A DNA stretch of 54,280 bases from a virus (IMGVR_UViG_3300037493_002486:1-54280); one strand, 5' to 3'; numbered from the stretch's first letter, positions 11,101 to 20,666 are shown. The notes: generated by a model not told the origin, from the letters alone. Made by a program: numbers and translations.

Positions 11101-11311
11101 ACCTTCTGTTTCACGCAGGTCGTTAAATGCATTGCCTACTGCTCAGACCCGTGGAACAGCACCTAGAGCACCAGCAGCACCTGCCCCGGCAGCACCAGCA
11201 CCGGGCCCTGTATCAATGGCCTCGCCTCAAGGACCAGAAGGCGAGCAGTCTGCAAGCCGTAAAATGCTTCAGTCTTTATTCCCAATGGACACAATCTCGT
11301 CCATGGCGTAA
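8147..11311 (+). CDS. Large internal virion / DNA transfer protein
   Basis: 1054-aa Ala-rich helical protein with N-terminal Gly-rich hydrophobic segments; last gene of the structural transcription unit. Confidence 0.55.
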   Translation: MSDNTRPARSIEDIASPISDPGMIDQLVNGAGDSTQGPSISDIAVAVEPTGAEKIREIGYGTAEGAIQGGTAMSGALMGARTAAAITPPILPVVGPLAKPIAATIGFGAGLTAGMLATQDVNQLFPDVPREDLIPYREGGKTFGESIAAAPVAFGIPVMNANRVARFMSGIGEAARKYPKSYFISEIMGGAGAGIAGGSSEAYFPGEAGPRFGAEVVGGFFSPGRFLVSTVGAVKDFTKTMMSSMSADARETRAANALYTLLNNVGTDVPALITKLETSVPAGVTTSSAQKTGEAGLVMLETTLARGNAKYGAEVAEKGLQSIQAYEKLIGKLRDIGTPEALRKAAEIESANFEALLDGRMALADADAAAKIAKITKDTPQARVEIGQIVRSETERALADARMQERALWLDAFKGSFRKKTVKGEKVIALQTVDPTNTGTSFLDIASSMTPERFKYRMPPEVKSIMDRLGVDEEAIAKYTAGKQTQEYLDTGIVPAQYLTKQDGRKNISVFKKTDVQDLINVRSDLLAFARDASSKGDVSNAGFYGRLAESVLDDLSAMKNPAYDKARQFSRTLNDYFTRSYAGDLVAVNKKGADKLPPEILVARAFGSGADVTAHRMADIEDAVGMMGAQYDDAVAKFGKNSAQAKALESTANLSKQGVVSIRDAQGRALRLAAAKSIDPITGRVNPKQLATFVAENKGMLDRLQITTDLSDAVKAENAFRAMENTNSVARKTMEQQAAFAQVLKFENPTAAVTDALNSRYPVKSFNNIVTLAKTGGPEAIQGLKASIYDYAFLKAGGESGFSPSAFNKAIFSPMAPGQPSLFNILRSQGVIDLTEATNLRKLINPMQNIEKAMKNNKLTDEVVQGADALTELALRVTGAKLGTALTPGGNSLVASSAGSKYVRKQFDKLPTFMVKGIIEKATQDPQLMALLLKRGATQREKFQISRQLHSYLTAAGLNFAQQDDEPMPAEERARPGLQFTDQQPSVSRRSLNALPTAQTRGTAPRAPAAPAPAAPAPGPVSMASPQGPEGEQSASRKMLQSLFPMDTISSMA

Positions 11312-11976
11312 TACTTCTCGACGCGTCTTAACCACTCTTCTTTATATCGTACAAACTCCTGGCCGGCCGTGGAATACTCCATGGTCGTGCCGTCTTGTAC
11401 TGCCATCAACACCACACCGTATTCAATGTTAGTGCCGTGAATGATGTCATGCGCTAGTGCATACGCAGCCAGCTGGTGAAAGTAATCGTCAATCCACTCC
11501 CGCTTCTTAGGCTTAACGCTCTGCTTAAAGTCAATAATGGCGGGCTTCCCGCGATACACGCCCACTAAGTCCGTGGTCCCTGCATATTTATCCGGGTAAT
11601 ACAATGCGACTTCAGAGCCCCATATCTCGTCTATGTTCTTAAAGTATGTGTTGATCAGTCTGTAGCCCATCTCGTAGCCCTTGCACATCAGCCAGTTCGT
11701 TGGCCGTGGTAAGTTGCGATAGGCTATCATGCGCTCCATCACCCCATGCATGTGTGTGCCTACTGTAGCGGCTTCATTCTTTATACGGTCCGCTTCCTCT
11801 TGCCCAACCCTCGCGGCCCACGCGTCAAGATGAGACAGGTCTTTAGTCTTGGATAGAATAGTCGTTACGCTTGGCAGCTTCTGTTCACCGTAGACATAGC
11901 GACGTCCTTCGGGGGCGTCTACCCGCTGCAATGTTTCATATTTATATAACTTTTTGATAGGGATTAAATCAACCAT
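11269..11976 (-). CDS. PD-(D/E)XK exonuclease
   Basis: PSVTTIL, GTHMH, AGTTDLVG, IIDFKQS and QLAAYA motifs. Confidence 0.85.
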   Translation of the reverse strand: MVDLIPIKKLYKYETLQRVDAPEGRRYVYGEQKLPSVTTILSKTKDLSHLDAWAARVGQEEADRIKNEAATVGTHMHGVMERMIAYRNLPRPTNWLMCKGYEMGYRLINTYFKNIDEIWGSEVALYYPDKYAGTTDLVGVYRGKPAIIDFKQSVKPKKREWIDDYFHQLAAYALAHDIIHGTNIEYGVVLMAVQDGTTMEYSTAGQEFVRYKEEWLRRVEKYYAMDEIVSIGNKD

Positions 11977-13418
11977 TCTTTTAGCTCCTCGCCCATTACT
12001 TGGTTAGCGATGTCAATCTTAGCTCGCAGGGCCTGCACAATCTTCTCGTCTACTGTCTTAGGCGATATCAGGTCGATGTATGTCACGTTCTTAGTCTGGC
12101 CAATACGATGCGCACGGTCTTCTGATTGCAGGCGTACTTCCAAGTCAAAGCTATTGCTGAAGTAGACGACCACACTGGCTGCCGTCAATGTCAAGCCATA
12201 GCCGCCGGTACGGGGGTTGCCAACGAAGAAACGCAGCTCTGATTCAGGGTCTTGGAAGTCAATCACAATCTTCTGCCTTTCCTCTGATTCCGTGTCACCG
12301 TAGTACGTGGCGACGGAGTTCATGCCGTATTCCTTCTGTAGCGCTATCTTGATTGCTTCGATGTCATGGCGGTAATTAGCCCAAATGATGATCTTGCCAC
12401 TGGTCTCTTCCACAATGTTAAGCAGCTCTTTGACGCGGTTGTTAGGCAGTTCCTTGACCGTGCCGTCATCCAGTTTTAAGTGGCCACACACTATCTGATG
12501 CAAGCGCATAATCTGCGTCAAGGCATTGACGGTAGACGCCATGCCCTCCTTGAACATAGCCAGCGCCATAGTCTTCATTTCGTTGTACGCTTTAATCTGC
12601 TCTTCGGTTAAGTCCACTTCGCGCTTGGTATACATCTTATCCGGCAAGTCCAAGCATTCTTCTTTAGTCACGCGGAAAGCAAAGCGATTTATCTTCTCTT
12701 GCAGCTCGTCAAGGTGACGATACCCAACAACCTGTTTAAAGGAGTGCGTGGCCAGGCTACGTTCTACAGTGACCGCGTACCGCGCCTGGAAAGCATAGAA
12801 GCTACGGGCGTCTAAGCAGTCCTCAGATAAGAATGCGCATTGTTGGTACAAGTCCATAGGACTCTTAGTGACAGGCGAGCCAGTCATAATGCGACGGTAT
12901 TTAGCAAGCTTGCCTACCTTAACAGCGTTCTTGGCCCGCGCAGCAGTGGGCGTCTTAATGGTAGTGCTCTCGTCAATCGCCATATACGCTTCATGCGACA
13001 TAAGGAAACGACTCGCGAACTTAACCCCTTTCTCCGTGGACAACGCTTCAATGTTCATGATTAGAACCTTCAAGTCTTCTGTCACTTCAAACAATCTATC
13101 CATCGCATCTTTCTCTGCCTTCTTAGGCGACGGGTTCCATATGGCCATTCTAAATACTACGTGTGCGGGTAAATGCTTGGGTATTTCCGTGTCTAACCAA
13201 TTTCGATATACACCTTTTGGCGCGACAATTAATACAGCATTTATGTTGCCCTGGTCATATAGCATGGCTATATTATTAATGACCATAAAGCTTTTTCCGG
13301 TACCCATGTCGGCAAATAGTGCTGCCACACGATGGTTCCAAAAGCGCTCTAGGTAAGCCTCTTGATGTAAAAATGGTTTATTCTTAAACGGGTAGTTATG
13401 TAAAAATTCAGTTGTCAT
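11964..13418 (-). CDS. SNF2-family helicase
   Basis: DMGTGKS (motif I), IDES (II), TGSP (III), GYGLTL and QSEDRAHRIGQ (VI). Confidence 0.92.
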   Translation of the reverse strand: MTTEFLHNYPFKNKPFLHQEAYLERFWNHRVAALFADMGTGKSFMVINNIAMLYDQGNINAVLIVAPKGVYRNWLDTEIPKHLPAHVVFRMAIWNPSPKKAEKDAMDRLFEVTEDLKVLIMNIEALSTEKGVKFASRFLMSHEAYMAIDESTTIKTPTAARAKNAVKVGKLAKYRRIMTGSPVTKSPMDLYQQCAFLSEDCLDARSFYAFQARYAVTVERSLATHSFKQVVGYRHLDELQEKINRFAFRVTKEECLDLPDKMYTKREVDLTEEQIKAYNEMKTMALAMFKEGMASTVNALTQIMRLHQIVCGHLKLDDGTVKELPNNRVKELLNIVEETSGKIIIWANYRHDIEAIKIALQKEYGMNSVATYYGDTESEERQKIVIDFQDPESELRFFVGNPRTGGYGLTLTAASVVVYFSNSFDLEVRLQSEDRAHRIGQTKNVTYIDLISPKTVDEKIVQALRAKIDIANQVMGEELKEWLI

Positions 13419-13440
13419 AATCTTTCTTTCTAGTTAAGGG

Positions 13441-13469
13441 TTGCAATCCCATAAATGTGAGTGTACACT
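13441..13469 (+). promoter_or_regulatory. Sigma70-like promoter for the replication operon
   Basis: TTGCAA-17 bp-TACACT, followed by an AGAAAGGGAG RBS, in a divergent intergenic gap. Confidence 0.6.
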
Positions 13470-13500
13470 GTCTTTTCGAATTTAGAAAGGGAGAAATATA

Positions 13501-13848
13501 GTGCCAACAGTTTTTGTCGTCTCTGAGACGGGTTCACATAACATTACGTCTGCTTTAAACTATGGAGACATAGAAACAATTTTGCCACCTAATGCGCAAA
13601 TTGCATTTTCCGTGTATCCTACTGTTCGTAGAATACAGCGTAAGTTAGAGAAGTTTACAGATGAGGATTATCTCCTCTTTATAGGTGATCCTACTGCCAT
13701 TGGAATCATCAGTGCTATTGCAGCAAGTAAAAATAATGGTAGATTTAAGTGCTTGAAATGGGATAAACTAGAAAAACGGTACATTCCAATCCAAGTTGAT
13801 TTGTTTCCCAAGAAAGGAGAAATAGATGAGTTTGACGAATACATTTGA
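13501..13848 (+). CDS. Conserved phage hypothetical protein
   Basis: GTG start after a strong RBS; DYLLFIGDP...LKWDK motif. Confidence 0.7.
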   Translation: MPTVFVVSETGSHNITSALNYGDIETILPPNAQIAFSVYPTVRRIQRKLEKFTDEDYLLFIGDPTAIGIISAIAASKNNGRFKCLKWDKLEKRYIPIQVDLFPKKGEIDEFDEYI

Positions 13849-14380
13849 GGAAGACGCAGGCGCGCTTCAGGTTAAAGACGATGACATTCAAGGCATCGCT
13901 AATCTAGCTAAACGTGCTAAGCATCTTGAAAAAGAAATACTAGACCTTGAGACAGTCTTCAAGGAACGTAAAGAGCAATACCGTAAGCTGACCGAGGAAT
14001 CTATTCCAGAGGCGTTATCCGGTATGGGCATGAAAGCGTTCCGTATGGAGGATGGCTCATCGATTGAAATTAAAGCCTTCTATAGTGCATCGATTTCAGA
14101 AGCACGTAGAGCTGAAGCATACCAATGGCTCAGGGACCACGGCTTTGACGACATCATTAAGAACACTGTCAGTGTCCGCTTTGGACGTGGCGAAGACGAG
14201 CTTTGTGCACGTCTATTGAATCTACTTGGCGAGACTGGCTACCCTGCTGATCAAGCCGAGAAGATAGAACCTATGACCTTAAAAGCATGGGTTAAAGAGC
14301 AGGTTGAACGCGGTAACGAGTTCCCCAGCGAATTGTTTGGCGCATACATTGGCCAAAAAGCAGTAATTAAATCAGCATAA
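13826..14380 (+). CDS. Conserved phage replication-module protein
   Basis: Coiled-coil N-terminus, WLRDHGFDDIIKN and TLKAWVKE motifs; RBS AGGAG. Confidence 0.7.
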   Translation: MSLTNTFEEDAGALQVKDDDIQGIANLAKRAKHLEKEILDLETVFKERKEQYRKLTEESIPEALSGMGMKAFRMEDGSSIEIKAFYSASISEARRAEAYQWLRDHGFDDIIKNTVSVRFGRGEDELCARLLNLLGETGYPADQAEKIEPMTLKAWVKEQVERGNEFPSELFGAYIGQKAVIKSA

Positions 14381-14400
14381 CGAAAAAAGGATAAAGCATC

Positions 14401-15171
14401 ATGGCTAATAAATCAGAAGTAGCAGAAGTAAAAGGCAGTTCAGCATTAGTATTAGGTTCATCATTTGAGGACGACGCACAAAGCGGCTTTGACAATATGA
14501 ATCAGGAAGACTTTGCGCTTCCATTCCTACGTCTATTAACAAACACTTCTCCTGAAGTGGGTGAAGTAGATGGCGCATTACCCGGCATGATTTACAACAG
14601 CGTTACAGGTGAATTGTATGACGGTAAGAAAGGTATCCTTGTTGTTCCTACAGCCTATGTTCGTCAGTACATAGAGTGGGCACCACGTGGTAGCGGTTCA
14701 GGCGCACCAATCAACATCTATCCTAGCACCAGCGACATCTTGTCTAAGACACATCGTGAGACAGGTGAGAACCGTGACTATTTAGATAGCGGCAACTACA
14801 TTGAAAACACTGCCAACCATTATGTAATGGTATTGGACAGCGCTGGCACACCTAGTCCAGCATTGATCGTGATGAAATCAACACAATTGAAAAAATCACG
14901 TAAGTGGAATTCTATGATGATGTCTGTTAAACTAAACGGTAAGAACGGTTTATACACACCTCCTATGTATAGCCAAGTCTATCGCCTGTCAACTGTCGGA
15001 GAGTCAAACGACAAGGGCAAATGGTTTGGTTGGGAAGTAGAGCGTGTTGGTTCAGTGGAAGACGCTAATGTTTATCAAACAGCAAAACTATTCGCACAGT
15101 CTATCAGTGCTGGTGATGTAAAAGTTAAACATCAAGACGAAGCAGCAAGAGAAGAAAACTTACCCTTCTAA
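14401..15171 (+). CDS. Putative single-stranded DNA-binding protein
   Basis: Lies just before the primase; acidic C-terminal tail ending EENLPF, resembling the SSB DDIPF tail. Confidence 0.55.
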   Translation: MANKSEVAEVKGSSALVLGSSFEDDAQSGFDNMNQEDFALPFLRLLTNTSPEVGEVDGALPGMIYNSVTGELYDGKKGILVVPTAYVRQYIEWAPRGSGSGAPINIYPSTSDILSKTHRETGENRDYLDSGNYIENTANHYVMVLDSAGTPSPALIVMKSTQLKKSRKWNSMMMSVKLNGKNGLYTPPMYSQVYRLSTVGESNDKGKWFGWEVERVGSVEDANVYQTAKLFAQSISAGDVKVKHQDEAAREENLPF

Positions 15172-15176
15172 GTGTT

Positions 15177-15248
15177 TGGGGGAAAGCGGATGATGTGACT
15201 TACACTGTCAAGTCGACACCGCAGTGCACATACGCAGCGAGTACCCCA
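15177..15248 (+). ncRNA. Candidate structured RNA with loop-E (GAA/AGUA) motif
   Basis: TGGGG...CCCCA closing stem, GAAA opposite GAGTA, inner ATGTG/CACAT and GACTT/AAGTC stems; fills the SSB-primase gap. Confidence 0.4.
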
Positions 15249-15270
15249 TCTTTAATCTGAGAAAGATAGA

Positions 15271-16800
15271 ATGACTGACATTACACGATTTAAAGCAATA
15301 TTCAAAGGATTAGATATTGCATATGGCACATATAAAATTGAAAAAGCCAAAGACAATGGTAAACAGGCAGGTAAGGCTATGGTCATCCGTAAGCCGCCTA
15401 CTGACAACCTATGGATTGATCACCTTAATGGCGTAGAACCCAGCTTAGGTATTATTCCTATTCGAGCAGACAACACCTGTATATGGGGTTGTATTGATAT
15501 TGACCAATATCCACTAGACCATGCCGGTCTTGTCACAAAAGTGCGCAAGCTAAACTTACCTCTTGTGGTATGCCGAAGTAAATCCGGTGGCGCACACGTA
15601 TTCCTATTTACTAAAGACCCCATCCCTGCCGGTGAAATGCAGCGTTATCTTAAGACATGCGCTGGATTACTCGGAGAATCGGGTAGGGAGATCTTTCCGA
15701 AGCAATCTGAGATACTTGTAGAGCGTGGAGACACTGGTAATTTCCTCAACCTGCCCTATTTCGCAAGTAATGAGGGCTTCCGCTACGCAATCAAGGACGA
15801 TGGTACTGCGGCCTCACTTGAGGAGTTTTACGAGCTCTATGACCGCTTTGTGCAAGCCGATAATTTAACTTTTCCGGAAGAACCGAAGGAATCAGAGAAT
15901 CCGATCAAAGATGGCCCTCCTTGCATGCAAGCTTTATGTGCGCAAGGCTTTCCTGAGGGAACTCGCAACAATGGACTGTTCAATATTGGCATTTATTTGA
16001 AAAGAGTGTTTTCCGTGGGCTGGGAAGACAAGCTTATGGAATACAACCAAAAGTATTTTGGTCCTCCACTAGGCATGAGCGAATTGCAAATCATCGTCAA
16101 GCAGCTGCAGAAGAAAGAATATAAGTATAAGTGCAAGGATGCGCCTATCAATTCATTCTGCAACTCAGGCATATGCCGTACCCGTAAATTTGGGATCGGG
16201 GCCGATGGACCAGATGCACCAGAAATGGGCTCGCTATCCAAATACAACTCCGAGCCACCCTTGTGGTTCTTGGATGTTAACAGCAAACGCATCGAGCTTG
16301 AGACAGATAGCCTCTTTAATCAGATGGCATTTCAAAAGGCCTGCGTTGAGAAAATCAACATACTCCCTCCTACCTTGCGTAAGCCGGACTGGGAAGGCGT
16401 GCTTAACGGACTATTGAAAGAGATGGTCGAGCTTGAGCAAATTACTGAGGCGTCTGACGACACCAGCATAACCGGTCGATTCATTGACCTAGTAGAAGAG
16501 TTCACCACTCACTTACAACAGGCCATGGACCGCGATGAGATTCTCATGGGACGGCCGTGGACGCATGATGAAGAAGGTAAAGTGTATTTCCGAATCAAGG
16601 ACCTTGAGGCTCACCTGAAGCGTAACAACTTCACTGGACTTTCTGCTCCGAAGATGGCGCAACGTATGCGCGAACTAGGCGGGGACCCTGTAAGCCTATT
16701 CCTAAAAGGCCGCGCTACTCGCGTGTGGAGCCTTCCTAGGTTTGACAAACAAGATTCTCCTTTTGTAACCCCTGAAATGAAGAAAGTGAGCCCATTCTAA
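15271..16800 (+). CDS. Primase (archaeo-eukaryotic primase-like with PriCT-like domain)
   Basis: WGCIDID, SKSGGAHVF, GNFLNLPY and GTRNNGLF motifs. Confidence 0.8.
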   Translation: MTDITRFKAIFKGLDIAYGTYKIEKAKDNGKQAGKAMVIRKPPTDNLWIDHLNGVEPSLGIIPIRADNTCIWGCIDIDQYPLDHAGLVTKVRKLNLPLVVCRSKSGGAHVFLFTKDPIPAGEMQRYLKTCAGLLGESGREIFPKQSEILVERGDTGNFLNLPYFASNEGFRYAIKDDGTAASLEEFYELYDRFVQADNLTFPEEPKESENPIKDGPPCMQALCAQGFPEGTRNNGLFNIGIYLKRVFSVGWEDKLMEYNQKYFGPPLGMSELQIIVKQLQKKEYKYKCKDAPINSFCNSGICRTRKFGIGADGPDAPEMGSLSKYNSEPPLWFLDVNSKRIELETDSLFNQMAFQKACVEKINILPPTLRKPDWEGVLNGLLKEMVELEQITEASDDTSITGRFIDLVEEFTTHLQQAMDRDEILMGRPWTHDEEGKVYFRIKDLEAHLKRNNFTGLSAPKMAQRMRELGGDPVSLFLKGRATRVWSLPRFDKQDSPFVTPEMKKVSPF

Positions 16801-17051
16801 TGAACGACGATACCTTAACAATTGATAACTATGACTTTGCCTTAATCGGCATGTGCATGACATGGCATGGCAACATGCTAGTAGAACGCTGTATCTATGA
16901 CGGTCCTATGATTATAGAGGCCATGGTAGAACAAGACGGAATGACTGAAGAAGAAGCAATCGAATACATTGACTTTAATATCGTAGGCGCATACGTAGGT
17001 GAAACAACACCTATCATCATGTGGCCTATTCTTGAAGACCTTGACTCTTAA
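16800..17051 (+). CDS. Conserved phage hypothetical protein
   Basis: DGMTEEEAIEYIDFNIVGAYVGETTP motif; ATG overlaps the primase stop. Confidence 0.7.
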   Translation: MNDDTLTIDNYDFALIGMCMTWHGNMLVERCIYDGPMIIEAMVEQDGMTEEEAIEYIDFNIVGAYVGETTPIIMWPILEDLDS

Positions 17052-17053
17052 TC

Positions 17054-18553
17054 ATGACCATTCAGAAGGTATTCGGTCCTCCGGGTTCCGGAAAAACTAC
17101 CTTCCTGTTGAACGTCATTCAGCAGGAATTAGATAGTGGAGTGCACCCATCACAGATGGGCTACTTTGCGTTTACGCGCAAAGCGGCTACTGAGGCAAAA
17201 GAACGCGCAGTAGAAAAATTCCCTCAGCTAAATCCTGAAATAGATTTCCCTTGGTTCAGAACGCTTCATAGTCTTGCTTACCGGTGCCTTGGCATCAGCA
17301 ATAAGGACATGATGAAGCCGGAGAACTTTAGGGAGTTTGCTCGTGAGTCCGGTATTGAGATTGGCATAGATAACGGTGAAGAAGACTTCATGGTCAAGAC
17401 GGATAATCCTATTCTAAATGAAATCAACATCGCCCGTATCCGCGGTGTCGACCTACGCACTCACTATAACCGTAGCCAAATGGAAATCGAATGGTTTCAC
17501 TTTGACTTCGTTGAGCGCGCCTATCGTCATTATAAAGAGGCCAACTCCTTACTAGACTTTACCGACCTACTGGAGCGCTTAGTAGAAGAAGCACATCGTC
17601 TCCCTGCTCTTGAAGTATTAATCATCGACGAAGCACAAGACTTGTCTCGCCTGCAATGGCGTCTGGTTGCGGAATTAGCGTCAAAAGCGAAGAGGTCCTT
17701 CCTGGCTGGTGACGATGACCAGGCGGTGTATAACTGGGCCGGGGCAGATGTAAATAGCTTCCTTGGCTTTGAGGGCGACATCACCGTACTAGAGCAATCT
17801 TACCGTGTCCCGGCTAAGGTGCATGCGCTTGCTAACACCGTGGTCAACCGTATTCGTGTAAGGCAGCCTAAGAAATGGAACCCGCGTGAGTTTGATGGTG
17901 ATGTGAAGTTCTACAATGACTTTGAGCACGTGGACATATCACAAGGAGAGTGGCTTATTCTTGCTTCTGCCAACTACATGCTAAACGACATGCACAACTG
18001 GATTAAGTCACAAGGATTATTGTTCGAGCGCCAAGGCTATCGGAGCATTAATGAAGCCGTGATGACTGCGGTAATGGGATGGGAAACATTGCGCAGGGGT
18101 AAAGAAGTCCCTTTCCCTGTTGTCAAACAGATCTATAAACATCTTGATTCCAATTATATCAAACGGGGTCACAAAATGCTAAGGGATCTCGACCCTGAAG
18201 GCTCATTTACCATGGACTACCTCAAAGAACACCATGGTCTGAACACCGATGTAATCTGGCACGAGGCCCTGACCAAGATAGGCGAAGAGAAGCGTGACTA
18301 CATTATTTCCCTATTACGTCGCGGCACGAAACTATCCGGCAAGGTCAACATAAAACTCTCCACGATCCACGGAGCAAAAGGCGGTGAGGCGGACAATGTC
18401 TTACTGCTCACGGACCTTTCTACCAAATTCGCAAGTGAATACGATAAAAACCCTGATGATGTTAATCGCTTACTGTACGTGGGAATTACACGTGCCCGTC
18501 AGTCATTGCATATTGTCTTACCTAAAAACGAAAGAAAAGGCTTTAGACTATGA
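17054..18553 (+). CDS. UvrD/Rep-like superfamily 1 helicase
   Basis: GPPGSGKT, TLHS, DEAQD, GDDDQA, QSYR, TIHGAKGGE and YVGITRA motifs. Confidence 0.92.
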   Translation: MTIQKVFGPPGSGKTTFLLNVIQQELDSGVHPSQMGYFAFTRKAATEAKERAVEKFPQLNPEIDFPWFRTLHSLAYRCLGISNKDMMKPENFREFARESGIEIGIDNGEEDFMVKTDNPILNEINIARIRGVDLRTHYNRSQMEIEWFHFDFVERAYRHYKEANSLLDFTDLLERLVEEAHRLPALEVLIIDEAQDLSRLQWRLVAELASKAKRSFLAGDDDQAVYNWAGADVNSFLGFEGDITVLEQSYRVPAKVHALANTVVNRIRVRQPKKWNPREFDGDVKFYNDFEHVDISQGEWLILASANYMLNDMHNWIKSQGLLFERQGYRSINEAVMTAVMGWETLRRGKEVPFPVVKQIYKHLDSNYIKRGHKMLRDLDPEGSFTMDYLKEHHGLNTDVIWHEALTKIGEEKRDYIISLLRRGTKLSGKVNIKLSTIHGAKGGEADNVLLLTDLSTKFASEYDKNPDDVNRLLYVGITRARQSLHIVLPKNERKGFRL

Positions 18554-20415
18554 AACCACGTTCACTATTCCCCACGTCCTCTGAGTGGCTACCTCCTCAG
18601 AGCTTTCCTGACCTGTCTCAGGCAACGGAAATCGCAATCGACTTGGAGACATGCGACCCAAACATGGAGAAGTTCGGTCCAGGCTGGCCCCGTAAAGACG
18701 GCTACATCGTCGGCTACGCGTTTGCAGTAGACGGATGGAAGGGCTACTTCCCCGTGGCCCATCAAGGCGGTGGCAACCTAGACAAAGGCATTGTAGAGCG
18801 CTGGGTCAAGAAGACCTTGGCCTTACCTTGCGACAAGATTATGCACAACGCGGCATACGACACGGGCTGGCTGAAGGCAACAGGCTTCGAGGTCAACGGA
18901 CGCATCATTGATACCATGCTCGCCGCGGCAATTGTGGACGAGAACCGTTTCTCATTCGCCTTAAACAGCCTAGGCTTTGACATGCTTAAAGAGACCAAGT
19001 CCGAGCAAGGCCTTAAAGACGCGGCCGCAGACTTCGGCGTGCACCCTAAGAAAGAACTATGGAAGCTTCCTGCCATGTACGTGGGCGACTACGCGGAGCA
19101 AGACGCCGCGCTTACCCTAAAGCTTTGGCACCATCTTCAGACGCTATTGCGTAAAGAAGAAGTCGAGTCCATCTTCGGCATGGAAACAGAGATGCTCCCT
19201 ATCCTTATCGACCTGACATTTAAAGGTGTTCGCTTTGATCGTGAGAACGCAGAGAAGCTTATTAAGGACATGAAGCGCAAAGAACAGCAATACTTGATGG
19301 ACATCAAGAAAGAAGTAGGCAATCACGTCGATATATGGGCCGCGGCCAGTATCGCTGCTGCCTTCGACAAGCTTAAGATTAAATTCCCAAGGACCGAGGC
19401 CGGCGCACCAAGCTTCACGAAGTCTTTTCTAGACGGCAACGCACACCCTGTCGCTAAGATGATTGTAGAAGCACGCGAGCTGAACAAGACCCACGGGACA
19501 TTCCTACAGCCTTACCTGGACTTCTCCGCCGCTGATGGACGCATACATCCACACGTCAACCAACTTCGCTCTGACGATGGCGGCACGGTTACTGGCAGGC
19601 TATCTATGTCACAGCCTAACCTACAACAAGTGCCGGCTAGACACGAGGTTATCGGTCCGCTAGTGCGTTCCTTGTTCCTTCCAGAGGAAGGCGAGCTATG
19701 GGCCGCGAACGACTTCTCATCACAAGAGCCCCGTTTGCTAGTGCATTACGCTACGCTTATCGGTTTAGACGGTGCAGAGAAGATGGCACAAGCCTATCGG
19801 GACAATCCTGACACGGATTTCCATCAAATGGTGGCAGACATGGCAGGCATTGAGCGTAAACAAGCCAAGACAATTGGCTTAGGTCTGATGTATGGCATGG
19901 GCAAGAACAAATTAGCCGGCCAGTTGGACCTTCCTGTGGACGAAGCCAGTGAATTGATGGGCACATTCCACAACAAAGTGCCCTTCCTACGCGGCACAGT
20001 CGATGCAGTCATGCGCCGTATTGAAAAGCCGGCGTCCAATGGCGCTATTCGCACCCTTCTAGGGCGTAAATGTCGCTTCCCATTATGGGAGCCGATAGCA
20101 TGGGGCGTGAACAAGGCGCTTCCTTATGAACAAGCCGTCTCGGAATACGGACCACGGATCAAGCGTGCCGGTACGTATAAGGGTTTGAACCGTTTAATCC
20201 AAGGTTCTGCGGCTGACCAGACCAAGGCGGCCATGATTGCACTGCATAAAGCAGGCTTCCGTATCCTTTTACAGGTGCACGATGAGGTTGCTGTGTCCGT
20301 CAAGAACCGTGAAGAGGCGGAAGCAGCTGCGGAAATCATGCGCACCGCCGTGGATTTAGAAGTGCCGAGCAAAGTAGACGTAGAAATCGGTACTTCTTGG
20401 GGCGGAGCACGATAA
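18550..20415 (+). CDS. polA: Family A DNA polymerase with 3'-5' exonuclease domain
   Basis: DLET, HNAAYD and YAEQD exonuclease motifs; TGRLS; DFSSQEPR (motif A), KTIGLGLMYG (B), QVHDE (C). Confidence 0.95.
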   Translation: MKPRSLFPTSSEWLPPQSFPDLSQATEIAIDLETCDPNMEKFGPGWPRKDGYIVGYAFAVDGWKGYFPVAHQGGGNLDKGIVERWVKKTLALPCDKIMHNAAYDTGWLKATGFEVNGRIIDTMLAAAIVDENRFSFALNSLGFDMLKETKSEQGLKDAAADFGVHPKKELWKLPAMYVGDYAEQDAALTLKLWHHLQTLLRKEEVESIFGMETEMLPILIDLTFKGVRFDRENAEKLIKDMKRKEQQYLMDIKKEVGNHVDIWAAASIAAAFDKLKIKFPRTEAGAPSFTKSFLDGNAHPVAKMIVEARELNKTHGTFLQPYLDFSAADGRIHPHVNQLRSDDGGTVTGRLSMSQPNLQQVPARHEVIGPLVRSLFLPEEGELWAANDFSSQEPRLLVHYATLIGLDGAEKMAQAYRDNPDTDFHQMVADMAGIERKQAKTIGLGLMYGMGKNKLAGQLDLPVDEASELMGTFHNKVPFLRGTVDAVMRRIEKPASNGAIRTLLGRKCRFPLWEPIAWGVNKALPYEQAVSEYGPRIKRAGTYKGLNRLIQGSAADQTKAAMIALHKAGFRILLQVHDEVAVSVKNREEAEAAAEIMRTAVDLEVPSKVDVEIGTSWGGAR

Positions 20416-20423
20416 AAAAGTGC

Positions 20424-20453
20424 TTGCATAATCTTAAAAGCTTATGATACAGT
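20424..20453 (+). promoter_or_regulatory. Sigma70-like promoter for the accessory gene cluster
   Basis: TTGCAT-18 bp-TACAGT with TGn extension; downstream GTCTTTTC...TTAGAAAGG matches the leader at 13470-13490. Confidence 0.5.
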
Positions 20454-20480
20454 GTCTTTTCATTAGAAAGGAGAGCGCCA

Positions 20481-20666
20481 ATGGCAAAATCGCCATCACA
20501 AAGAGACACTGCATGGGCTACTTTGATCATTCGATCGAAGTCTTACGCAATGCTCAAAGAATTAGCAGACTATTACGATGTTTCTATCGGACAAGCGGCT
20601 ATGGACCTTATTGAACGAGAGTTTAATAAGCTTTTAGAGGAGCAGACCAATGGCAAACACAATTAA
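20481..20666 (+). CDS. Small putative ribbon-helix-helix-like DNA-binding protein
   Basis: 61 aa with a strand-helix-helix pattern; strong RBS. Confidence 0.45.
   Translation: MAKSPSQRDTAWATLIIRSKSYAMLKELADYYDVSIGQAAMDLIEREFNKLLEEQTNGKHN

Noticed and set aside
15177-15248. tRNA gene
   Set aside because: Similar length, but no cloverleaf, T-loop TTC motif or acceptor stem/CCA.
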